DNA of 64,000 nt from an uncultured Planctomycetota bacterium (GTDB lineage: Bacteria > Planctomycetota > Planctomycetia > Isosphaerales > Isosphaeraceae). A model generated the notes under the pieces. That model was given only the letters and a program-made list of their open reading frames with translations, did not search any database and was not told the origin of the DNA. Made by a program: the position numbers and the translations under genes. Positions 1-10,177 of this stretch are shown piece by piece (position 1 is the first letter of the stretch; the number at the start of each line of letters is the position of its first letter). The stretch is from NCBI GenBank assembly GCA_963845755.1, contig CAWJTV010000048.1:1-64000 (forward strand), read 5' to 3'.

Positions 1-46
1 CTGCTCGACACGCAGGAGGTCAGAGGTTCAAGTCCTCTATCGCCCA
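1..46 (+). tRNA. tRNA-Val(GAC), 3' portion (5' part outside window)
   Basis: Anticodon arm CTGC-TCGACAC-GCAG, T-arm AGAGG-TTCAAGT-CCTCT, acceptor strand ATCGCCC plus discriminator A; CCA not encoded. Confidence 0.9.
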
Positions 47-131
47 TTAACGTAAATCCTGCCGAAAGCGTAACTTACGCTTACCCGCCATCGATGGCGA
101 AGCGGTCCAGACAACTTCCAAAAGCCGGTAG

Positions 132-1470
132 ACTACCGGATTCGAGGAACTCCGGCATCGGCTCGATCTCCTCCTCCGCCGCCTCTACGGCCCGCGCACC
201 GAACGATTCGACCCCAATCAGCCGCTGTTGATCCCTGACGCCTTCGACGACCCGTCGGCGACCGTCGTGCCAGAGGCCCCGCCCGCCTCCGATCCGCGAC
301 CCGAAGAGGAAGCCGGCACCAAGAGGAAGCGGTGCGGCCACGGCCGCAAGGCACTGCCCAAGGATCTCCCTCGAATCCCGGTCCTCTACGAGTTGACCGA
401 GGCCGAACGCCGCTGCCCCGAGTGCGGCGAGTCGCGCGTCCAGGTCGGCGCCGAATGCAGCGAACAGCTCGATTACCAGCCGGCGTCGCTGTTCGTCATC
501 GAGCACCGGCGCTATACCTACGCCTGCCCGCACTGCCAGGGTCATGTCACCACCGCGGAGAAGCCCGCGCAGCCCATCCCCAGGGGATTGCCCGGGCCGG
601 GGCTGTTGGCTCATGGGATCACCGAGAAGTATGCCAATCACATCCCGCTCTACCGCCAGGAGCGGCGGCTGGCCCGGCAGGGTATCGAGATCACGCGCTC
701 GACCCTCTGCGACTGGATGGGCGGCGCGGCCAAGATCCTCGAGCCGCTCTACGACCTGATGAAGACATTGATCCTGCTCAGCGGCGTGATCCACACCGAC
801 GACACCTCGGTGAAGGTGCGGGACTCGGAGCGAAAGATCAAGGCCACGGGCCGGCTCTGGATCTACTGGGGCGACTTCCAGTACCCGTTCAACGTCTTCG
901 ATTTCACCATGAGCCGGTCGCGCGACGGTCCGAGTCAGTTCCTCGAAGGCTATCGCGGGTTCCTCCAGGCCGATGCATTCGGCGGCTACGACGGCATCTA
1001 CGCCGGCGGCCGCGTGATCGAGGTCGGGTGCAACGCGCAAGTGCGGCGGAAGTTCGTCGAGGTGCAGAAGACAGGCCTGTCGCGCACCGCGGCGGCGTTG
1101 GCGTTCTATCGCGAGCTCTACGCCATCGAGAAGGCGATCAGGAAGGAGATCGCCGAGACCGTGGCCGAGGACGAGACCGACGAATCGGTGCGGGCCGCGA
1201 TCCGCCTGCGAATCCGCCAGGAGCGGGCCGTGCCGGTCCTGGAGAGCTTTCGCAAGTGGCTCGAGGAGCAGAAGCGGGACGCGCTGCCCAAGAGTCCGAT
1301 CTACGCCGCCATCGGCTACGTCCAGAACCACTGGGAGGCATTGATCCGCTACGCGAGCTCGGGGTACCTGGCGATTGACAACAACGTGTCTAATAAATAT
1401 ATTAATATAATTAAATGTGAACGAAAGAACTGGCTGTTTACGGGAAGTGAGCAGGGCGGCAAGACGATGC
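132..1470 (+). mobile_element. tnpC: IS66-family transposase TnpC remnant (truncated at both ends)
   Basis: Leucine-zipper segment LLLRRLYGPRTERF, zinc finger CPECG...CPHC, HIPLYRQ, IHTDDT, LQADAFGGY, IDNN...RKNWLF. In-frame stop at 129-131, no tnpA/tnpB, homology lost after ~1470. Confidence 0.92.
1375..1403 (+). promoter_or_regulatory. Near-consensus sigma70 promoter inside the IS66 remnant
   Basis: TTGACA (1375-1380), 17-nt spacer, TATATT (1398-1403). Confidence 0.45.
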
Positions 1471-1824
1471 CCGGACCGTTGGTCGCCGCTGCCAGCAGCC
1501 GATGCGACGGCGGCCCCCGCCGCGTCGCCCCCAGCTCAGGACTGAACGGTCCCACCTCATCATATCGACGGTCTGGCCCTGGGGACGCGCGACGAAGCGC
1601 GCAGTCCCCGGGGCCAGCGTCATTTCAGGGCAGACGGGCGGCGAGTCGGTCACCGAATCGGTAAAGCAGGGAGACGCTGGCGGCGAAAGCCGTAACTGCC
1701 GTAGCACATTGCGGCCCGGCTGGCTGTATCATCAACCGAGCGCCAACCTGCCTGATCCTTGTTTTTGATCAGTGCTCCGGGTGAAGTGGCCGCGCACCAC
1801 CCCGGGTTCATGGGGACCCTGTCC

Positions 1825-3258
1825 ATGGGCAAGATCCGCGTCTTCGTATCCGATCGCCGCGAAGACAGCCGCCACCAGCGGGATCGGATCTGCGACCATC
1901 TCGTTCCGCAGTTCGGCAAGGATTGTGTCTTTCAGGACGTCGATAACCCGCTCCCCCCGGGGCGCGACTTCCGGGATGTCCTCAGCGAGCGGGTTGCCCA
2001 GTGTGACGTCTTCCTGGCTGTGATCGGGGACGCCTGGCTTTCGATGGCGGGTCCGGATGGGACTCGCCGGCTCGACGATTCGACCGACTTCGTTCGCATC
2101 GAGATCGAGGCCGCGCTCGCTCGCGGCATCCCGGTCATTCCCGTCCTGGTGGGCCGCAGTTCGGTACCGCGTGCCAATGAATTGCCGGAGAGCTTGCAGA
2201 AGCTGGCCTACCGCCAGGCGATCTCGCTCCGGCCCGACCCCGATTTCCACCACGACATGGAACGCCTGGTCGGCAGGATCAAGAGTGCGGTTTCCGCTCC
2301 CCGCATCGCGACTCCGGAGCCGGTCGCTTCCCCACCGCCGGTGCCCGGACGTCGCCGGCCGCCGTGGAAGGCGATCGTCGCGGCGGCCGTGCTCGGGCTG
2401 GTGCTGCTCGGGGTGATCGTGTACGTGGCCACCGACAGGGGCCAGATCACCATCGTCCGGGCGCCCGAGGTGGCCCCGAAGGAAATCGTCAACTCCATCG
2501 GCATGAGGCTCGTTGTGATCTCGGCGGGCGAGTTCACGATGGGCTCGCCCGATTCGGACCCGGACGCCCATGCTTTTCAGAAGCCGCAACACCGGGTGCG
2601 GATCACTCGGCCGTTCTGCCTGGGGGCGACCGAGGTGACGCAGGGCCAGTACCAGGCGGTCACCGGCGCGAACCCGAGCCATTTCAAAGGGTCCGAGGAC
2701 CTGCCGGTGGAGACCGTCAGTTGGCTCGATGCCATCGACTACTGCAATGCCTTGAGCCGCAAGGAAGGCTTGACTCCGTTCTACCGGGTTCAGGGAGAGA
2801 CGGTGGAGGTTCCGGACTGGAACGGGACAGGCTACCGGCTGCCGACGGAGGCCGAGTGGGAATACGCGTGCCGGGCAGGGAGCACGACGCGCTACAGCTT
2901 CGGCGACGATGCCGCGGGCCTGGGCGCGTTTGGCTGGTATAGCGGCAACTCGCGCACTCTGAATGTACCGCTATCCCAGCCGGTGGGTCAGAAGCGGCCG
3001 AATGCCTGGGGCCTGTACGACATGCACGGCAATGTCGAGGAGTGGTGCTGGGACGGGTACGAAGCCGATTACTACAGCAAGAAGCCGCCCGCTGCCGACC
3101 CGCTTGGTCCCGCACAGGCCGCCTCCCGGGTGAACCGGGGTGGGCACTGGCGCGGCAGCCCGCAGCGCTGCCGGTCGGCGTTCCGCGTAGGGCAGGCGCC
3201 GGGGAACCGGTCCGCCCTCCTGGGGTTCCGCGTCGCCCGAGTCCAGTCCGGTCCGTGA
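1825..3258 (+). CDS. TIR domain + transmembrane helix + FGE-sulfatase (SUMF1-like) domain protein
   Basis: TIR_2-like VFVSDRREDS...VFQDVD...FVRIEIEAAL..IPVIPVLV; TM AIVAAAVLGLVLLGVIVYV; FGE motifs RLPTEAEWEYACRAG, PNAWGLYDMHGNV, GFRVAR. Confidence 0.9.
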   Translation: MGKIRVFVSDRREDSRHQRDRICDHLVPQFGKDCVFQDVDNPLPPGRDFRDVLSERVAQCDVFLAVIGDAWLSMAGPDGTRRLDDSTDFVRIEIEAALARGIPVIPVLVGRSSVPRANELPESLQKLAYRQAISLRPDPDFHHDMERLVGRIKSAVSAPRIATPEPVASPPPVPGRRRPPWKAIVAAAVLGLVLLGVIVYVATDRGQITIVRAPEVAPKEIVNSIGMRLVVISAGEFTMGSPDSDPDAHAFQKPQHRVRITRPFCLGATEVTQGQYQAVTGANPSHFKGSEDLPVETVSWLDAIDYCNALSRKEGLTPFYRVQGETVEVPDWNGTGYRLPTEAEWEYACRAGSTTRYSFGDDAAGLGAFGWYSGNSRTLNVPLSQPVGQKRPNAWGLYDMHGNVEEWCWDGYEADYYSKKPPAADPLGPAQAASRVNRGGHWRGSPQRCRSAFRVGQAPGNRSALLGFRVARVQSGP

Positions 3259-3554
3259 GTGGTGGGAGCGGCCGCGTATCCGTCCCGTGAAACGCCCTGG
3301 TCGCCTCAGAAACGCCCCTCGCCCGTCGGCCGGATGATCCACCTCGAAACCCCCGCGGACGCCTCTGCGGGCCAGCGAACGAGTTCTATAGCCGTAGCGA
3401 GTCGGTGACTTCCGATCCATCGGGAAATGATCGGGACGCTGAACCTCCGCCACCCGCTTCGAATCGCCACAGAATCGGCCCGGACGCTCGATCAGCCGTC
3501 GGCGGCCAATCCCCCGGCCTCGCGGGCGTCGGCCCCGTGGTGGTCTGGCCAGTC

Positions 3555-3603
3555 GGAATCGCGAATCGGGAATCCCGATGGGGTTGCGGCCGAAGGCCGC
3601 GTT
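3555..3603 (+). repeat. GGTTGCGGCC-N3-GGCCGCGTT hairpin element with adjacent GAATC heptamers
   Basis: Related copies at 40370-40391 and 54393-54411 on the minus strand. Confidence 0.6.
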
Positions 3604-3806
3604 AGGAACCAGTCTGGCGACCAACCGTAACGACCCAGTTGAGCAGCCGGGACCGCATCAGGTCACTATGAAGTACCAGAAACTAACGCGGCTGCCGTCT
3701 GCTGCCGCAGATGGTTCGGCGTCATCCGCTCGCACATCGCTATCCGTTCCCGGTCGAACGCAGCCTCGGCCCGAACCTCACGGCGGACCGGGCCCGTAGT
3801 TCGTGG

Positions 3807-4347
3807 AGCCAGTCGGTCAAGACAACCGAGGTGGGCGGGATCCAGGGCTTCGATGCGGGGAAGAAGGTGAAGGGCCGGAAGCGGCATATCTTGGTGGACA
3901 CCCTGGGCCTGCTGATCGCGGTGGTCGTGACGTCCGCAGGGGTGCAGGACTACCACGGGGCCAAGCCGGTGCTGGAGAAGGTCAAGGGTCGCTGTCCGCG
4001 GTTGAAGGTCATCTGGGCCGATGGCATCTATGAGAAGGGATGGCTGATCGCCTGGGTCGAGAGCGAATGCGGTTGGGAGTTGCAGGTGATCAAGCGGACG
4101 GACGATACCAAAGGGTTCAAGCTGCTGCCGAAGCGGTGGGTGGTGGAGCGGACGTTCGGCTGGCTGGGACGATATCGCCGACTGAGTAAGGACTACGAGG
4201 GATTGACCGAGACGAGTGAGGCTATGATTCAGATGGCAATGATTCATATTATGCTCCGACGTTTGGAACCGACGCACCAATATTCCCTAGTTTCACAAAA
4301 TGAGGGGGTCGAGATTTCCCAGGCCGCTTAATTTTCCAAATCCCCTC
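3807..4347 (+). mobile_element. IS5-family (IS1031-like) transposase, 3' half with right end
   Basis: [49 protein letters not shown]; stop at 4331; terminus TTTTCCAAATCCCCTC followed by TCA (TNA target). Confidence 0.9.
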
Positions 4348-4578
4348 TCAGACTCAACCTCGCGGTTGCGCGGCTCAGCCGTGGTGACCAACGACCGAAT
4401 CAGTGCTCTGGCTGATGCCGTAACTTCTTCGACCGCGCATTCGAAACGCAAGCTCGTTTGCTTTGGACGGGCTGGTGAATCCACAGATCTTTCTCACGAA
4501 CTGGAGCGATGCGTCCCGAATCTCCGCTTCCGTCGCAGGCGGCTCAAAGTTGAATAGCGTCTTGATGTTTCTGCACAT
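4348..4578 (-). pseudogene. DUF2277-family protein, frameshifted and cut at the 3' end by IS5
   Basis: MCRNIKTLFNFEPPATEAEIRDASLQFVRK, continuing in another frame as AVEEV...LVTTAEPRNREVE up to the IS end. Confidence 0.8.
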
Positions 4579-4666
4579 GGCGGCTCTCGTAAGTCCAGTT
4601 GGCCAGGGTAACCTCGCGGTCACGTGACGCGAGCCGTGCCCTGCGCCGGGTGAGCCGGGCGAAGAT

Positions 4667-5262
<596 letters not shown>

Positions 5263-5291
5263 GATTGAGTTCCTCTGACATCTGGTGATCT

Positions 5292-5339
5292 CTATGGGTA
5301 ATCTCGACGAAAGATCGCCTCGATCTGCGCTGCGTCCAT
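5292..5339 (-). pseudogene. Possible N-terminal stub of an ECF42-type sigma factor
   Basis: MDAAQIEAIFRRDY* directly after the DGPF/YciI gene, where ECF42 genes usually lie. Confidence 0.4.
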
Positions 5340-5369
5340 GGCGCTCAGTGGGTTCCGTCGGGTCCTCCG

Positions 5370-5711
5370 TCAGTGAAACGGACGCACCTCGACCGGCGCC
5401 CGACAGGCGACGGCGGCCTTGCGTCCCCACGCCAGCGCCTCGTCCATGTCAGCGGCTTCCAGCACCCACAGACCGCCGATGTGCTCCTTGGTCTCCAGAT
5501 ACGGCCCGTCGGTGATGAGCACCTTACCATGGGGCTGCGCCCGTAGCGACTTCGCGCTACTTGCAGGGTGCAGGCCGCCAACGAAAATCCTGACACCAGC
5601 AGCCATCATCTCGTCGTTGAGCGCGTCGATATCGCGGTCCATCGCTTCGTCCTCTGCGACGGACGGGTCGTAGTCGTCGGGGTGGTGAATCGCAACCAAA
5701 TACTGTGTCAT
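5370..5711 (-). CDS. YciI/DGPF-family protein
   Basis: FVGGL, ITDGPYLETKEHIGGLWVLEAADMDEALAW, VEVRPF; GGAG RBS. Confidence 0.9.
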   Translation of the reverse strand: MTQYLVAIHHPDDYDPSVAEDEAMDRDIDALNDEMMAAGVRIFVGGLHPASSAKSLRAQPHGKVLITDGPYLETKEHIGGLWVLEAADMDEALAWGRKAAVACRAPVEVRPFH

Positions 5712-5766
5712 GACTTCTCCTGTAACGGTGTTCGGGTGGGCACCGGTTGCCCTGCCTTCATCACAT

Positions 5767-5794
5767 AGTCGAATGGCCGGACCGGTATTCGACA
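5767..5794 (-). promoter_or_regulatory. ECF42-type promoter candidate
   Basis: Minus strand TGTCGAA-taccggtccggcca-TTCGAC upstream of the DGPF gene. Confidence 0.55.
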
Positions 5795-5955
5795 AATCGT
5801 CCAAGAAATTCTCCGGCCGCTGCTGCGTTGAAGGCGTGCGGACGGGTCCGTACGCCATCTCGGCAGGCTCGGTCTGCCCGCCGAGGGTTCCGCCGACACT
5901 TTGGGGCCAACAGGAATTTCCGTGATGAGCTTCGGACTATCTGGGAAGGTTAGAC

Positions 5956-6020
5956 GGGGTCGGGGGTGGGTCGGGAGTCCTTGACATTCTAGATCATCTG
6001 ATCAAAGGCTCCCGACCCCC
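5956..6020. repeat. REP-like inverted repeat
   Basis: GGGTCGGGAGTCCTTGA ... TCAAAGGCTCCCGACCC. Confidence 0.65.
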
Positions 6021-6267
6021 TTGGATTTCCCCGGCCTTGATAGACGAAGTTAAGCGCTCGTCGGCCCCATTCGCATCAAAGATCGGCGGCGGGTCGGGTA
6101 TTGGTCGGGATTGCGGCGGCGACGCTGGTGAATTACAACACGTCTTGACTCAGAGCGGCTCTATGATGAACGACGACCTGGGCGGAGGATAGGGCTCCGT
6201 GGTGACACGCCCCGAGCGCCGACCCAGGGGCCTACAGCCCGGCAATCAAGGCGGTTGCCCCGAGAAA

Positions 6268-6543
6268 TCATTCCGGCTCGAGTGGGTCGGGCTCCGCGGG
6301 GAGCCATGGGAAACGGGCGGCACGCTCGTACTTGCGGGCCATCGATTCGTGCCATTCAAGAGGACGCCAGAAGCGATCGTCCGAAAACGGCTTCATCCGG
6401 CTGGCAAGCCTCATTAGCTCGGCCTGATGATGGGCCGAAATCCTCCTGAACAGGTTACGTCGCTCAATCGTGACCCCGAGCACGATGCCCACGACCGCCA
6501 CCGCGACCATCCACCGCCGCGTTGTCATCCGGGGTCGTCGCAT
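6268..6543 (-). CDS. Small planctomycete protein, paralog B
   Basis: MRRPRMTTRRWMVAVAVVG...WHESMARKYERAARFPWLPAEPDPLEPE. Confidence 0.8.
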   Translation of the reverse strand: MRRPRMTTRRWMVAVAVVGIVLGVTIERRNLFRRISAHHQAELMRLASRMKPFSDDRFWRPLEWHESMARKYERAARFPWLPAEPDPLEPE

Positions 6544-6572
6544 AGTGATCCTCCGTCGATTCGTCACTCTCA

Positions 6573-6938
6573 TCACGGCTCCGGTGGGTCGGGGTCGACG
6601 GACTCCCAGGGGCGGGCCGCGGCTCGCTCGTACTTGCGGGCCAGCGACGCGTGGTAGTCAGCACGATCCATCATGCGGTCGTAATCGCGGCCTAGGCGCG
6701 TGATCTCCTCGATTGTCATTTCCGACGTGCTGCCGAGTCGCGATTTCAACGCTTCGGCTCTTGCCGTGGACGAGGCCACTTCCTTCTGATGCGACTGGGC
6801 CAGAGATAGGAAGTAGTCGCGTCCCTGTCCGACCCGTTCCCGCATCAGTGGTCTTGTTTCTCGATATCCCTCGATGGCCAGCGCCACGCCCGCCAGGGCC
6901 AGCATCCACCGCCACGTCGTCATCCGGGGTAATCGCAT
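6573..6938 (-). CDS. Small planctomycete protein, paralog A
   Basis: MRLPRMTTWRWMLALAGVA...YHASLARKYERAAARPWESVDPDPPEP; GGAG RBS. Confidence 0.8.
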   Translation of the reverse strand: MRLPRMTTWRWMLALAGVALAIEGYRETRPLMRERVGQGRDYFLSLAQSHQKEVASSTARAEALKSRLGSTSEMTIEEITRLGRDYDRMMDRADYHASLARKYERAAARPWESVDPDPPEP

Positions 6939-7007
6939 GGCCGGGGCTCCGTCGGGCCAACTGACCGGGTCAACTATAAGCCAAGCATTATATTGCTCGG
7001 CGCCGCA

Positions 7008-7355
7008 TCATCCATCAAGTTCGCGATCCCACAGTTGCTCTTGTGGTGCATCGCTCTTCGGCTTCGCGGCCGCAATTTCGGGTCGATACCTCGCGTCGAA
7101 TGCCCAACCGCAAAGAGCGCCCACGAAGGCCCCGACAACGATTATGATGCTGACGATGATCCGCCCCAGAGGGGTCAGAATGGTTTCGCCGCCCTTCCCT
7201 TGCCACCAGATAAGTCCCGCCGGACCGATCCGAGCAAAAGTGAAGAGGAGTCCCAGAACTGGCCCGGTCAGCGACCCGACGAAAGCGTAGCACGCCGGCT
7301 TTTCACTCAGTGAGGATTCCGATCTCGGAGCATCGAAAAATTTAGATGCATCCAT
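7008..7355 (-). CDS. Small two-TM membrane protein ending LWDRELDG
   Basis: Two hydrophobic segments with Gly-rich spacing. Confidence 0.6.
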   Translation of the reverse strand: MDASKFFDAPRSESSLSEKPACYAFVGSLTGPVLGLLFTFARIGPAGLIWWQGKGGETILTPLGRIIVSIIIVVGAFVGALCGWAFDARYRPEIAAAKPKSDAPQEQLWDRELDG

Positions 7356-7480
7356 TGCCGGGCTCTCAATCTGTCCGCCTCGTCCCTGGACCACCCTTTC
7401 CACGTCCCACCATCGTCCCGCGCCCGCCGGTCCGCGCACAACTCTCTCTCACCGTTGGCGCACGAATCGGTCATCGGGGC

Positions 7481-7891
7481 TCAGCACGGTGGGGCTACGG
7501 ATCGTCCCATCGCAGCAGCCACGAGCCAGGTCGCGACACCCATCAGGGTGCCGAACGTGAGGAAGCCGGCGATTATGAAGGCGACCGCAACGGGAGAGTT
7601 CGCCAGGTAGGATGGTCCCATCTGGCCTGGGATGTGCGGGCCGGTGATCACCCAGATCAGCGCGAAGCCCGCCTCAACCGCCCCGCCTACAGCCCCGCCG
7701 AGTATGCCACGGCCCCCCCGCCACCGGTCCCACACGATCCCCACGAGCGGTACGATGAGCCAGAAGAGGATGACCGGGACCGGTACGCTCGGGGGGGGCG
7801 GGTCCCAGACGAGGGGGACCATGCCCAAAGCGGCTGCCGCGACAGTGGCCATGAGGTCGATCAATGTTAGATGGTGCCGGGACGTCGTCAT
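7481..7891 (-). CDS. Membrane protein with prepilin-like N-terminus
   Basis: MTTSRHHLTLIDLMATVAAAALG followed by 3 further hydrophobic segments. Confidence 0.65.
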   Translation of the reverse strand: MTTSRHHLTLIDLMATVAAAALGMVPLVWDPPPPSVPVPVILFWLIVPLVGIVWDRWRGGRGILGGAVGGAVEAGFALIWVITGPHIPGQMGPSYLANSPVAVAFIIAGFLTFGTLMGVATWLVAAAMGRSVAPPC

Positions 7892-8040
7892 GTTGTGGCT
7901 CCGGCGGCTCGAACTGCCCGGGCCGCTCTGGATCAACGTTTACGCTTCTCCACCGGGTCGAGGCCCGCTTGGAAAGTTCCAACTATAGATCACCCGATGC
8001 GCTGATCTCCTCGAGCCCGCCCGTTCGCGCCGACTCTGAT

Positions 8041-8547
8041 TCACCTCTTCCAGCCAGTTTGAGGGCGAGTTGCCCTTAAGTACCAGTATCCCAGGCCCAA
8101 GATCAACGCTTGCATCACCTGGATGTAGATCAGTCCGCCCATTTCCCGCTCGGGCACAGGAGGGAGGTTCATGTGAGCCCGGTACTTCGCCAATACGTGC
8201 GGAATAAAAGAGAATATGCGGTAGGCGTCCGCAGCAACGAACAAGACGGCCCAAGCGGCATAAACTCGAAATCCCCACGCGCGGGCGCTCCAGATCATCC
8301 AAGCGGCGAGCATGCCGAGGGTGGCTAACATCGCCTGGATACCGACAAGCGCCGGCGGCACCCTGATGCCGAGTGCCATGACCGGATCATGCACGGCTTG
8401 GCCGAGGACGCCCAAGCTACAGAGGGCTACGAAGGCCGCCAAGAGCTTGTGGCCGAGGCGGCGACGTTCCGGGAGCGTCCGCGCCGTCTCCCTCAGCGGT
8501 TCCGGGCTGGGGGCCAATCGTTCTGAAGCTGAACCCGGCTGTGCCAT
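8041..8547 (-). CDS. Hypothetical four-TM membrane protein
   Basis: Four hydrophobic segments; start uncertain. Confidence 0.6.
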   Translation of the reverse strand: MAQPGSASERLAPSPEPLRETARTLPERRRLGHKLLAAFVALCSLGVLGQAVHDPVMALGIRVPPALVGIQAMLATLGMLAAWMIWSARAWGFRVYAAWAVLFVAADAYRIFSFIPHVLAKYRAHMNLPPVPEREMGGLIYIQVMQALILGLGYWYLRATRPQTGWKR

Positions 8548-8578
8548 GCCGCCATACTCCGAGCGTAAGCCCTGATCT

Positions 8579-8690
8579 CTAGTCCAGGCTTTACACTGGC
8601 AATTCGACGTAAGTCCTGATTCGACGTACAAAACTCCGTTGATCCTTGGGGCCATATTCACCCTTTACACTTCCTACAATCGTAAGACCG
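8579..8690 (+). repeat. ~110-bp element, copy 1 (inverted homologue at 19813-19923)
   Basis: Shared colinear blocks AGGCTTTACAC, GACGTAAGTCCT, CGTTGAT, ATATTCA, CTTTACAC, GTAAG. Confidence 0.75.
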
Positions 8691-9578
8691 GGATGTCCTA
8701 CGGTTGCCGGGATGCCTCGCGAACGGGCCATCCCCCTCGAAAGATACCGCGCCCCGGGGTTCCGGATGAAGGCCGTTCCGTCAGCCCGGCCGCCTATACT
8801 CCCGGCCCTGTCATCGCCGGGCTCGCGGAAGTCGTCTCGATCGAGCCCGCGGCTGGGTCGATCAGGCCGGCGTTTACGACCGTATTCGAGACAGGGAACA
8901 CCAGTCCACACTCACGACCGGATTCTTGTTACGATCGATGGAGCGGAACTTCTGGTTTCGCGGGTTTCGCGACGCTAATCCCGTTCTCCGGCCAGCGAGA
9001 CCAGCAAGCCAGGGCCAAATCGGGATGGCGATTGAATCCTGGGGATCCCAGCGCAATCTGGCCAGGAAATGCGAGAAAAGTTCGTGCAGTAAGCTCGACC
9101 CCCTTGACAAGTGCCATCGAGGGCGTTGAGATGAGCGTGCTTTTCGATTGGATCGACAGAGTGTTTAGGGATTTCCTCTCTCCATTCCCCACACTTGCCG
9201 ATCTCCGACAATTCCTCTCCAGCCTGCTTGCTACAATCAACTCAGGCCCGGTCTCGGTCTGGCCGGGCGATTGCGAATCACGAAGTAGGCTTCCTATCGA
9301 AGACGATCAGATCAACGATTCTTCACCCACAACTGGGGGTAGGGTTCTCGATTCGACCGCAGAAGATTCATGGCGTCGTCGTACCGTTGCGTCCCGACCG
9401 CGCTCGTATAGCGAACCGAAGCGAAACCAAGCATCCTCGCAGAAGCCGACGGCTTGAGTAGCGGATCCCTCGATGCCGCGACTACGCCGTGCCTCTCAGG
9501 ATCGGTTCGTTCTGCGCGCAGTCCCTACGTCTTCGACTCGGTAACTCCCTTGAGGGAGCGACGGGACGGCTTCGCTCG

Positions 9579-9704
9579 GAGTCTGTTCCCGAAGCCCGTA
9601 TTCCCGGTGGTCCGGTAGGTGCAATCCACCGACGTCAGCCTCTGCCATTGGGTCGGTTGCACTCGCCCGACGAGATCGAATTTCGACGCTGATGGAACAG
9701 ACTC
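9579..9704. mobile_element. MITE copy 1 (126 bp)
   Basis: TIR GAGTCTGTTCC...GGAACAGACTC; flanks TCG/TCA; interior similar to copy 2 (GGTAGGTGCAA, ACCGAC, CTGATGGAACAGACTC). Confidence 0.8.
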
Positions 9705-9820
9705 TCAAGGTTCGTCGATCGCTCACGACGCGGGAGCACGTTCGCACAAAGACACCCCGACATGCTGACTGCTCGTGGGAATCAACCTAAGACGTTGAGG
9801 GATCCCTGGAGGTTATCGTC

Positions 9821-10057
9821 GTGAAGAAACTCATCCGCAGGGCGAATCGAGCTCTCGGCGGGCTGGCCATCTTATCGCTGGTGGTGACCCTGGAGGCATG
9901 CAGCCCGGAAGGGGCCGGAACCATCAAGATCGAGAATCCGGAGGCCGTCCGCGCCAAGGCAGAGGGAGTTGGGGCCGTTAAGCCCAAGACTGCCAAACAG
10001 GCCAAGGCGCTGGAGATCGAGGAGGCGGCTGCCAAGAAGAATCCCAAGCTCCGCTAA
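9821..10057 (+). CDS. Small putative lipoprotein accompanying the DUF1559 gene
   Basis: Basic N-terminus, hydrophobic stretch, LEA-C lipobox-like site, Lys/Ala-rich tail; GGAGG RBS. Confidence 0.7.
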   Translation: MKKLIRRANRALGGLAILSLVVTLEACSPEGAGTIKIENPEAVRAKAEGVGAVKPKTAKQAKALEIEEAAAKKNPKLR

Positions 10058-10177
10058 TTGAACTCAGCGACGTTCCGAGTCCGGTTGGTCCAACTTCCTT
10101 GCATCACGAGACCTGATTGCGGTCCTCGTCGATCGCTGTTTGTCTGTTTTGTCCCGCTTTTCCCTGGAGATTGAGCC

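Noticed and set aside
81..1331. Long antisense ORFs (also 17324-19060, 20703-22205, 27762-29450, 32296-33786, 54431-55714, 60587-62209)
   Set aside because: Shadow ORFs opposite recognisable genes in high-GC DNA
3120..3258. FGE C-terminus as a diversity-generating retroelement variable region
   Set aside because: No template repeat copy or reverse transcriptase seen in the window
3680..3800. Possible integron attC site (CTAAC...GTTCGGC)
   Set aside because: Too short, lacks clear L boxes, and no integron integrase or repeated sites are present
8639..9457. 272-aa ORF in the intergenic region
   Set aside because: No recognisable motifs, and it starts inside a repeat element; likely non-coding or decayed sequence
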